55,215 bases of DNA from Pontiellaceae bacterium. Lineage in GTDB: Bacteria > Verrucomicrobiota > Kiritimatiellia > Kiritimatiellales > Tichowtungiaceae. Positions within the stretch are counted from its first letter, which is position 1, and each line of letters begins with the position of its first letter. The notes beneath the pieces are model-generated. The model had not been told where the DNA came from, searched no databases, and saw only the letters and a program-made list of their open reading frames with translations. Location of the stretch: NCBI GenBank assembly GCA_044352355.1, contig JBILEA010000001.1:1-55215 (forward strand), in the 5' to 3' direction. The translations under genes were made by a program, and so were the position numbers. Below are positions 28,088-36,748 of the stretch, piece by piece.

Positions 28088-28807
28088 TCAAAGCAAAACT
28101 GCGTTTGATATTCCCGAACCGTGGGCCAGGTTGTCGCAAAACACAACGGATTTAAATTTATACTTGGGCAGCACTGTTTCCACCGCAATTCGACCCATCA
28201 GCGGAACGGCGTTGTTAGCGCCATGAAAAACGAGGTGTGGAAAGACGCCCATATTATTGAGCCCCTGTACAAGATCAGAAATCGGAAGAAATGGATCAGA
28301 AAATCCAGCGGAATATATCAACAACATTTCCTCAATGGCGTTTAGTTTTATATCGTTCCACTTGTCGGATGAAAGCCAGGGGAAAAAATTTGTTGCAATC
28401 AAAACAACCTGTGTTCGGTTGGTAGCATCCAGCGGCAGAGCCAGATCGTCATATACTTTTTTGAGGCGTCCTCGCATTTTAGTGTCGTCATACCACGGCT
28501 TTACTATGCCTCTTGATGTCCCAATTTGACCATAATTTATACCAACTGCGACGACCACCTCGGGGATAGACTCTGGGACATCACCCCCGTCGTATCTTCC
28601 AGTAGTGCTGTTTTTATTAGCGCTGTCTATGACGGCAACGACCTGATTGTATGCAATAGGATTGCCCAATACGTCTTTCAAAATGTCATTCTGGGGTTTG
28701 CACCAATCCTTACAGTGCGTGCTGAATCCTCCCGCCGGAAGTTTTGGGGTTACAATAGGGGTCGTGTTAATTCCGTCTATAATTTTTTCGAGTTCTCGTT
28801 TCGTCAT
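28088..28807 (-). CDS. hypothetical protein, UDG-superfamily-like (paralog B)
   Basis: GGAGG RBS; VAVGINYGQ, IATNFFPW, LVFHG, CDNL motifs shared with the upstream paralog; AT-rich. Confidence 0.75.
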   Translation of the reverse strand: MTKRELEKIIDGINTTPIVTPKLPAGGFSTHCKDWCKPQNDILKDVLGNPIAYNQVVAVIDSANKNSTTGRYDGGDVPESIPEVVVAVGINYGQIGTSRGIVKPWYDDTKMRGRLKKVYDDLALPLDATNRTQVVLIATNFFPWLSSDKWNDIKLNAIEEMLLIYSAGFSDPFLPISDLVQGLNNMGVFPHLVFHGANNAVPLMGRIAVETVLPKYKFKSVVFCDNLAHGSGISNAVLL

Positions 28808-28918
28808 TTCTTCCTCCGTCGTTCACCGAATTGTACCCAGACTGCCATTCGGCAAACTGTGAGTCAACATCGGGTCAGCTTCCAGTAAGACATGACCGAC
28901 TCCCTGTTCCTATAGTTG

Positions 28919-30449
28919 TTAGTCGTCTATACATCTTTGCATTTTTTTGGTGTTCCGACAGAGATCGCCCTTTTCATACCGTTTAAGTTTATTGAGCTGC
29001 TTAATATAGTCGTAGGGGAGTGAGAGGTTCGGGAGAAGTATCCATTTGTTGATTTTTCGATTTTCGATCCATAGACGAAAAAGAGCAAAAACTTCGCTAC
29101 CCATGCCGTGACCCACCCAAAGAACAGGCTGCTCTTTCTTTGATAATTCATCTGCGAGCGCGTCTAAATGAAGCCAGTCACTTGTTGAAGTGGCTCCATT
29201 AAAAGGCGGATTGTTAATCAAAAGATTTGCCCGGAGACAGGTCTCGACGTCCTGCCAGTAATCATCCGTAATCCACACGCAAAAATTTGTCATAACGAGG
29301 TGGAAATCATAATTTTTATCATAATTTGTCAATAGGCTAGGACTTGAGGCCAGACTGTATTTGTACCAGTTCACGGGGTCTTTGCGGTACGCTTCCAGCC
29401 CGCCATGCAGTTTGGTTTTCTCACCTTGAAGCCCTTGTACAACGCCGGGTGATTTTGGATCGATATCGCGCGGGCAACTGTTTGTTCCCTGAGTGTAATT
29501 TGCGCCAACAGAGACTACAATCGGAAGAGTCTCATCCATTTCCTCCAGATGAAGTGCAAAAACTTGAATTGGACAACGTGCCCCAATTGGAATAGGAAAG
29601 ATGCGTGGCCGCACACTAATGGGATCTGGCGGGGTTGGCACTTTTACTTGTCCCTCAAGGTTTTCCAGCAGGCCTTTTAACTTTGAATACTGTCGAGTAG
29701 ACATTGGGTTATCTCCTTTAGGTTTGCTTTGTATTCCCTGTTTACTCATCTCTTTCGATCTGATGAGTGTCACACTATTCAACCTTGTGAGGTAACTCCA
29801 ATGCCCCTCACAGAACCGTACGTGCGATTTTCCCGCATACGGCTCTTCAAATGTGTTCGCAAACTCCAGCTTTCACCTTCATCCGCTATAAGGTTAGTTT
29901 CCGTTTTCATAGTTTCCGGTCTCATGAACCGCCTTTGTTTCCTCTAATCTCTTCACACATCTGTCAGCCCCTTCGAGTCGGGTCGCCCCGCACAGGGCAT
30001 TACCCCTGCTACGCCTCTACTATGAGCTGATCCGACTCCCGTACATCCTTCCAGACATCCTCTCCTCTTCAGATTGTTTGTCCGTATCCCCTTGCGGGGA
30101 AGCCGTACGGGTCTCCCAAGTTCATGTAACACGCTTTCGTTTCCATACCACGGTCTCAGACCCCGGACGAGGGATGCATCGCTCACCTTGACGCGGCGCA
30201 CCCTGTTGCCTTCCAGTAAATGAACACTGTCGGCCTCATCGAAATGAAGTATTTCGGGGCTCAATCCCTTCACTTGCGTTGCGGTCTGGAAACTCCTCTC
30301 CTGTGGCTTCATCCGGTTCGTTACCTCCCCAGATGCACATTTGGTAACGGCCTGCTGGTTAGGCTTTGGCCGTGCCGGATTTTAACCGGCTGCCTGTTAC
30401 ACGCTTTGCTTGGCGCACTCATTTTAACTTCCGAATTATCTTCGTTCAT
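28919..30449 (-). CDS. hypothetical UDG-superfamily-like protein (paralog A), split by a group II intron; exons 30449-30419 and 29691-28919
   Basis: Joined exons give 804 nt in frame: MNEDNSEVKMKYSKLKGLLENLEG...; motifs VSVGANYTQ, VMTNFCVW, WVGHG, LPNL. Confidence 0.78.
29692..30418 (-). ncRNA. ORF-less group II intron (IIB-like, 727 nt)
   Basis: 5' GTGCG at 30418; domain V GAGCCGTATGCGGGAAAATCGCACGTACGGTTC (29845-29813); 3' CTACTCGAC at 29692; EBS1 TCATTT pairs with exon AAATGA; EBS2 ACTTC pairs with GAAGT; no RT ORF. Confidence 0.93.
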
Positions 30450-30461
30450 AGATACTCTTTC

Positions 30462-30544
30462 AAGGTAGAGCAAGCGTCCCGCTTGCTTTCTGTCTCCGTC
30501 AGACCCGCTGAGGCGGGAAACGAGCGGGACGCTCGTTCTACTTT
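30462..30544. repeat. REP doublet (inverted GTAG-type REPs)
   Basis: aaggtagagcaagcgtcccgcttgc ... aacgagcgggacgctcgttctacttt. Confidence 0.75.
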
Positions 30545-31829
30545 AATGTTTTATATCGGACGGACAGGGGTCGTAGTGCGGGTGAGAAACTTTCGGAACA
30601 CGCAGGCCTCCGGTCTGATACAGCTCCGGCACACCGTCGCATTCGATGCGGATCACCGGACAGACCGGATCAGGAGTCTTCTCTGGCAAGCCTCTAAGCG
30701 TAACACGAGTGCCATCCTGCTTGAATTGGACTTTCTGTTCATGATCACCCAGCAGCGTCACTTGCTTGACGCTGCATTGCAGCCCGCCCAACGTCAGCTC
30801 CGAACCGGACCAGCGGCGGACCAGCCAGTACAGGGTGTTGCGTTTGGCGGTGACCGGTCCGTGCAGATTAAAATCTCCACGATTCCCGTCGCGCTGATCG
30901 CTGCGCTCTTCGAGATGGAATACAAACGGTTCGGTATCATAGATCGCTTCACCGCCGCAGCGGCGTAGCCAGGCGCCGACTTTTTCCAAACATTGGAACG
31001 TTTCTTCGGGAACCGAACCGTCCCCTTTGGGTCCGACGTTCAGGAGCAGGTTGCCGCAGCCTTGTGCGGCGGCGGCCAGCAGATCCACCACCTGCTGCGG
31101 GGTTTTCCAGTCATGGTCTCCGGCATGGAAGCCCCAGCTGTTGTTGAGGGTCATGCAGGCTTCCCACGGACGCCACGGTTTCGGCGAACCCATGTGTCCC
31201 TCTGGGGTAGCAAAGTCGCCGGGCAAGCCGTTGCGTCCGTTAAATAAAATGTGCGGCTGGATTTCGCGCACCATGGCGTTCATGCTTTCCGCCTGCCAGC
31301 CGTCAGAATTAAAGGGCCACCAGCCGTCGTACCAGAGCGTGTCGATCGGGTTGTATTTTGTGACCAGCTCTTTGATCCGCGCAAAGGTATGGTCGATGAA
31401 TTTATCATAAGCCACTTTATCTTCCAGCGCATCGACGGCATCGGGCTTGTCGTGCCAGTTATTAAGGCTGTGGTACAGCCCGACCTTCAACCCGCGCTTA
31501 CGCGCGGCGGCAATCAGTTCGGCAACGAGATCGCGCTTTGCGGCGGTTTTTGTTGTGCAGAAATCCGAGAGCTCTGTCTCGTAGAGACGGAACCCTTCGT
31601 GGTGCATGGTGGTCAACACCACATATCGCATGCCGGCGCGCACGGCCAGATCGCACAGCGCGTCGGCATTAAATTTTTCTGCCGTGAAGCGCTCAGCCAA
31701 TGCCGTGTATTCGTCAAACGGAATCTCTTCGCGATTCCACACCCACTCGCCGCGCTCCAGCAGACTGTAGAGCCCGTAGTGGACAAACAGCCCGTAGCGG
31801 GCGTTTTTAAACCAGATATCATCTCTCAT
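30543..31829 (-). CDS. alpha-L-fucosidase (GH29)
   Basis: WFKNARYGLFVHYGLYS, GMRYVVLTTMHHEGF, GLYHS, LWYDG nucleophile motif, WEACMT..SWG, NLLLNVGPKGDG. Confidence 0.92.
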   Translation of the reverse strand: MRDDIWFKNARYGLFVHYGLYSLLERGEWVWNREEIPFDEYTALAERFTAEKFNADALCDLAVRAGMRYVVLTTMHHEGFRLYETELSDFCTTKTAAKRDLVAELIAAARKRGLKVGLYHSLNNWHDKPDAVDALEDKVAYDKFIDHTFARIKELVTKYNPIDTLWYDGWWPFNSDGWQAESMNAMVREIQPHILFNGRNGLPGDFATPEGHMGSPKPWRPWEACMTLNNSWGFHAGDHDWKTPQQVVDLLAAAAQGCGNLLLNVGPKGDGSVPEETFQCLEKVGAWLRRCGGEAIYDTEPFVFHLEERSDQRDGNRGDFNLHGPVTAKRNTLYWLVRRWSGSELTLGGLQCSVKQVTLLGDHEQKVQFKQDGTRVTLRGLPEKTPDPVCPVIRIECDGVPELYQTGGLRVPKVSHPHYDPCPSDIKH

Positions 31830-31833
31830 TTTT

Positions 31834-34410
31834 CTATCTTCCCCCACTCTTGAACCAGACCGGAGAGGACCATGTTTTATAGCCCTGGGCGGTCTGGACA
31901 CGGACATAGTAGTACCCCGATTCTATCGGATCATTGTCCGTGAATTCATACGTTTTCACGCCAAATGAATATCCGGGGAAGCTTCTGATCTCCTCCCCGT
32001 TGCGCACCAGCACCACGTTGATCACCGGCATCGCCGAGCCGATGGTAAACGCGATCTTCCGGGCACCGTTGCAGACGATCGCATCAGATCCGACCTGCGG
32101 TTCGGTTCCGTTGACTGTAAATTTAAGCAGAACTTTTTGGCCGGAGGTTGCATAAACCGTTCCGCCCTTGAGCGCATCAAACACGCTTTCGCGATCCAGC
32201 GAAGTGGTTTTGACCGCCGTCATTTCGGCTGGCAGACCCGTGTAGTAGGCTTCCGTGCCGTGATCGGTACCGGCCACCATGCCCAGTCCGGGACGCAGGG
32301 CAAAGCCGTCATTCACGGAGGTTTTTCCCTGAATGTCATTCGGCATGCCGGTAAATTCGCGCGGGAAGCTGTTGCACCATCCGCTCACTTCGAGCGTTTC
32401 ATCGAACCCGGGAAGCACCGTCGGATCGCCGCAATGGAAATGACTGGCGACGGTATAATTCCCCGGCTCTTCGCGTTCCAGCACAGCCTTCAATTTTTCC
32501 GGCGTATTGGACTCGTCGCACACCGCATTGTAAATGCGTTTCGGCATACTGCGGAACAGAATGTTGCGATGGCCGGGATACGGACGAACCCAAGGAACCT
32601 CCTGAGCCATATTCGCTGTCCACTCGTACCCGGGTAGCGTCACAAAATGTCCGGGCTGATTGAATTTATCCAGAGTCCGGCGCAGCAGTTCAAAACGCTC
32701 CGGTGTGATGTCGAAGCAGTGATCGGTGAGCGCCCAGTAATCCAGTCCGCGATGGCCCCATGATTGAAGATATTTATCGAACGGATGCAGCCGGCCATCG
32801 GAAAGCTGCGAATGCGTATGAATGTCGCCGAAAAATATTTTTCCGGGGCCGAAACTGCCGTCGGTTACAATCAGGTTGCTCATGCCGCTCACGGAAGAAT
32901 CAGCCGCATCCATTGCACGAACCACAAAGGCATCGCGGGCCGCTGCGGAAATGCTCAGCGTTTTAATGCCGTGATCCTCCGGACTGAAACGGACGCTTGC
33001 GGGAAGGCCGTCCACTCCGGCAGGCGCGAACAGAGAAACCGTGCCTGTATAGCCGTCGGCGATGTTGCCGAAGGAATCAATGGCCACCACCTTAAGTTCA
33101 AAAGCCTCTCCGGCATCGGGAGTTCCGGGCGCATGCAGCACCAGCGAGACCGCAGGGCGCGCAACAATATCCACCACTGGGAATTCCCCCGGTAGCCAGC
33201 AGCCGTTGCCGGTCAGGTCATAGAAAAACTTGAACGGATAGTTCCGCTGGGTCAACAGCTGGGTGCGTATTCCCGGGCCCTCTTTCGATCCGCCGACCGT
33301 GATGGAAACCGTATCGCCCGGTTGCAGGGCCGCGCCTTCATTGCGAAGTGTGACGGAGAAAAAATGTTCGCGGTTCAGCGTCAGTTTTGCCCCTTGACGC
33401 GAACAGGCGACTTCTACGAATCCGGGAGCTGTGCGGTCGTTCCACTGCAGTTCCGACCAGTCTTTTTCCGGAAGATGCCGGATGGCCTGCGTGCGCGGCG
33501 TTCCCCGGTTGCACTCAATCACCTCATTGCCCAGATAAAACAGGATCGCTCCGCCGTTCGGCAGACCGTTTGTGCCGGCCGTATAAACAAACTGTAAGGA
33601 ATGGCTGGTTCCGGCAACCAGCTGCTTCGGTCCTTCATAAACCAGCCGTCCTAAATCCGGATTCCCTTTGGCATAGTCCGTCCAGGAAATGTCTGTAGCG
33701 GAAAGAAGGCCGAAGCAATAGACAGGAAATCGATACGGCTCGTTGAAGGGCAACTGATCCGGGAGCGGACTCCAAGAGGTCACCACGCCGGAGGCGTGTT
33801 CAAAGCGCACAATATCCAGCGGCAAGGGCTGTGAACGAAACTGTTCCGCGCTCATGGACAGTGCCGTCCACAGGATACGAACCCGTGCAGTCCAGAGCTT
33901 GTCGCCGGTCAAAACCTCGACAGATGTGCCCTTTTCTTTCAGACCGACGGTTTGCTGTTTACCGTCCGGTCGAAACATCACCTGAACCAGCCGGTTGCCG
34001 GGAACAATTAGATTAATCGATACAAAATCGCTTGTGAGAAACGCAATATCCTTCTGCGCAGCCAGATTCTTGAGAACCTGATCCAGTTCCGGCTCCGCCA
34101 TCTTCAGATCAAACAACAGCCCGTCTTTCGTGTATGAAACCGAGCCGCTGACCGGATGGTCAATAAACGGCAGACTGCCCGCATTGTAAATGCCGCGGTA
34201 CGGATGGGTGCAAACCGTTGTGAAACCATCAAACAGGGCTGTTCCGTTATGGCATGCCGCAATTTTCGGCACCGCCCCAAAACGCACCAGATGATAGTTG
34301 ATCGCACTCATATTCATTTCTCCCTGACAGACCGGTCCGCAAACAGCCAAACTCAGCGTTGCCAGCGCAATCGTTTTAACCGGTGTTTTTTTAAATTCAA
34401 AAAATTTCAT
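31834..34410 (-). CDS. exported protein with C-terminal PHP-fold metallohydrolase (DUF3604/CehA-McbA-like)
   Basis: Signal peptide; FGDIHTHSQLSDG, ALTDH, GYEW, GHRN, AGTDH, YATSG, YYYVRV...WSSPVW. Confidence 0.75.
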   Translation of the reverse strand: MKFFEFKKTPVKTIALATLSLAVCGPVCQGEMNMSAINYHLVRFGAVPKIAACHNGTALFDGFTTVCTHPYRGIYNAGSLPFIDHPVSGSVSYTKDGLLFDLKMAEPELDQVLKNLAAQKDIAFLTSDFVSINLIVPGNRLVQVMFRPDGKQQTVGLKEKGTSVEVLTGDKLWTARVRILWTALSMSAEQFRSQPLPLDIVRFEHASGVVTSWSPLPDQLPFNEPYRFPVYCFGLLSATDISWTDYAKGNPDLGRLVYEGPKQLVAGTSHSLQFVYTAGTNGLPNGGAILFYLGNEVIECNRGTPRTQAIRHLPEKDWSELQWNDRTAPGFVEVACSRQGAKLTLNREHFFSVTLRNEGAALQPGDTVSITVGGSKEGPGIRTQLLTQRNYPFKFFYDLTGNGCWLPGEFPVVDIVARPAVSLVLHAPGTPDAGEAFELKVVAIDSFGNIADGYTGTVSLFAPAGVDGLPASVRFSPEDHGIKTLSISAAARDAFVVRAMDAADSSVSGMSNLIVTDGSFGPGKIFFGDIHTHSQLSDGRLHPFDKYLQSWGHRGLDYWALTDHCFDITPERFELLRRTLDKFNQPGHFVTLPGYEWTANMAQEVPWVRPYPGHRNILFRSMPKRIYNAVCDESNTPEKLKAVLEREEPGNYTVASHFHCGDPTVLPGFDETLEVSGWCNSFPREFTGMPNDIQGKTSVNDGFALRPGLGMVAGTDHGTEAYYTGLPAEMTAVKTTSLDRESVFDALKGGTVYATSGQKVLLKFTVNGTEPQVGSDAIVCNGARKIAFTIGSAMPVINVVLVRNGEEIRSFPGYSFGVKTYEFTDNDPIESGYYYVRVQTAQGYKTWSSPVWFKSGGR

Positions 34411-36665
34411 TTTTCCTTCTCCACCCACCCATCATCAGCGGCATCACGGGTTCTGGAGCCCAGCGCTTTTAAAAGCTCCATCGTGCTTTTAACTGCACCG
34501 GTGCCGAACCAGATCAGTGTGACAATTTTCAGCAAGATAAACATGCCAAGCTGGACTGCAAAATAAGTGATCCAGAAATCATCGTTCCGTACGCGTACTA
34601 AATTGATTACCAGAACAACCAGATTGGCAATGATCCAGCCGTATGACCAGATCGTCACCCCGATGTAAACCTTCCTGTCCATCGGCGTAAATTCGGAGTT
34701 GATACCGATCAACGCCCGCCAGCCGCGCACCGGCGTTTTGTCCTGTACATCGTCCGTCTGGTACGGCCCGCGATGCAGCAGTTTATCCAGATCGTACACT
34801 TTGCGTGACGCCAGCGAAAACCCGATATAAACGGCGATGGCACTGAGCATGGAAATAAAATAGATCCACTGTCCGCTGACACAGCGAACGGTGTAATAGA
34901 GATTCTTTACCAGCGAAGTCCCCGGAGGAATTACAGCTCCCGGAGCCGGAGACAAACGTACGGCCTGCAGGGCGTCCGGCCAAATTGCTGCAGGAACCGA
35001 TTTAACCGGCGGCTGCTTCCCATAGGCATAATGCAACGTACCGGCAGACGACACTCCATCCTGCGCGGTCTGACTGATCCGCACACCAAACCATTCCTCC
35101 CGCCGCCAGACCGGAACGTTACAGACCCAACGTCCCTCTCCGGCAGAAACCGCCTCCACCTCATTTAAATTCACGGATGCGGCATCCGGAGCGTACACTT
35201 CAAAGGAAATGCGCGTGAAAGGATTCTGCTGGATGATGATTCCGGACACGGAAAGCACAGCACCAATAATCAGCGCCGCCCAGGCACCGGAGGTTGTGCC
35301 GCGTTTCCAGTAAAGTCCGCCGATAATCGCTGCGCCGGCTCCAGCCGTGAAGATAGCGCCGGTTATGGCAAAAAACATCAGAATGTATCCCGTCTGCAGA
35401 AAAAACAAACTGAACAGATAGGCAAACAGCGCCACTCCGGAAATGGACCACCGCAACGCCTTCATATGCCCCTCCGGCGTAAACGGCTTTTTACGGAACG
35501 GCATAATGACATCCTGAACAAAAATACTGCCCCAGGAATGAAGACAGGTGTCGTCCGTTGTTACTGCCAGAGAAACCATCACCGCGACCAGACACCCAAG
35601 CAGACCGGCAGGCAGAATAGCACTAATCCCGATCGGCACCGTCATCTGCTTTTGAATGGCCGGATTGGTAATATCAGCCAATCTCAACTGGATTTCCGCC
35701 GCGATACCGGCGAAGTCAGGGTGGTGCATGACAGTGTAAGCCGCGATGGAAAAAAATCCCATGATAGTCATCAGCACATTGCTGCGCAAAATCGCCAACA
35801 CCCCGGCCATACGGGCTTCATGAGGTGACTTAGCAGCGGCATTATATCCGCTGTTCCCCTGCCAGGCCATACGCGCATAGAACGATCCGAAAATCGCAAT
35901 GGCATAGAACCAAAAGTTGAACTCGCGAACCTTGCCGGTTTTGAAGGGGTTGACCATGGACACGGTATCGGCGTTAGGGACACTCTTGAGCGTCTCGGAA
36001 ATCTGATGCCAGCTAACTGTATGCAGAAGAAAGCCGGTCAGCACCAATACCATAGAAACCAGAATAATCCCCTGAAGTGCGTCCGTGATCATGATAGCCA
36101 CCTGTCCGCCGCGCAGAGTGACCCACAGTCCGAACCCAAGCAACAAGGCCATTACGACGGCATAACTCAAAGAAATCGGAAGGACTCCAATATGCACCGT
36201 ATAGTCTGGAATTCCGCAGGCATAAATCAAAAACCGGGCGCCGACCGACGGAAAAATTCCGTAATTAATTAATCCGGCGACGAACGCCAGCAGTCCGGTC
36301 GCCTTACGGAAACTGCGGCTGTACCGCTGTTCAAAAAACTGAGACAGAGTCAGAGCCCGGGTCTGCCGGTACCGGTAAATGATCCACCCTGACAACATCA
36401 TGATTACACTGAAAGGCTGAGACAACACGCTCCACCAGTTAGCGCCCCAGCCGGTGTGATAACCCACTTCCCATCGGGCCATTACAGAAATCGCGCCGAT
36501 CGCGCCCATTTCTCCGGCAACCGTTAACAAATAACGCCCGGCCATCCGGTTTCCCGCCAGGAAATCCGAAACTCCTGAAGAATATCTCTTAACAAACCGG
36601 ACCATGCCAATAACAACAGCAACAACTAATCCGACAATCACCCAATCCACCAGTTTCATGTACAT
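34407..36665 (-). CDS. sodium:solute symporter (SSS) family transporter
   Basis: SDFLAGNR, RYRQTRALTLSQFFEQRYSR, GGQVAIMITDALQG, GGLYWKRGT; many TM helices. Confidence 0.9.
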   Translation of the reverse strand: MYMKLVDWVIVGLVVAVVIGMVRFVKRYSSGVSDFLAGNRMAGRYLLTVAGEMGAIGAISVMARWEVGYHTGWGANWWSVLSQPFSVIMMLSGWIIYRYRQTRALTLSQFFEQRYSRSFRKATGLLAFVAGLINYGIFPSVGARFLIYACGIPDYTVHIGVLPISLSYAVVMALLLGFGLWVTLRGGQVAIMITDALQGIILVSMVLVLTGFLLHTVSWHQISETLKSVPNADTVSMVNPFKTGKVREFNFWFYAIAIFGSFYARMAWQGNSGYNAAAKSPHEARMAGVLAILRSNVLMTIMGFFSIAAYTVMHHPDFAGIAAEIQLRLADITNPAIQKQMTVPIGISAILPAGLLGCLVAVMVSLAVTTDDTCLHSWGSIFVQDVIMPFRKKPFTPEGHMKALRWSISGVALFAYLFSLFFLQTGYILMFFAITGAIFTAGAGAAIIGGLYWKRGTTSGAWAALIIGAVLSVSGIIIQQNPFTRISFEVYAPDAASVNLNEVEAVSAGEGRWVCNVPVWRREEWFGVRISQTAQDGVSSAGTLHYAYGKQPPVKSVPAAIWPDALQAVRLSPAPGAVIPPGTSLVKNLYYTVRCVSGQWIYFISMLSAIAVYIGFSLASRKVYDLDKLLHRGPYQTDDVQDKTPVRGWRALIGINSEFTPMDRKVYIGVTIWSYGWIIANLVVLVINLVRVRNDDFWITYFAVQLGMFILLKIVTLIWFGTGAVKSTMELLKALGSRTRDAADDGWVEKEK

Positions 36666-36748
36666 AATTGACCCTTTCGTAAATTATCAAATTCGATGAA
36701 GTTCCGAGCCTCTTGAGACGCCTGAATCGCTGTTCCTTATCCGGCCAT

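Noticed and set aside
28026-28918. Integron attC sites around the two hypothetical genes
   Set aside because: GACTAAC and GCCCAAT follow the stops, but I found no matching GTTRRRY or L-box pairing, and the integrase does not show IntI features.
29705-29782. N-terminal extension MNSVTLIRSKE... of the 287-aa track ORF
   Set aside because: It is intron domain VI sequence; the plausible starts are 30449 (spliced) or 29704 (unspliced).
29953-30312. 119-aa ORF as intron-encoded protein
   Set aside because: It lies within the ribozyme's structural domains and has no RT motifs such as YADD.
21848-30544. Prophage or ICE
   Set aside because: No structural, terminase, relaxase or T4SS genes; no attR duplicate of the tRNA-Gly 3' end was noticed by eye.
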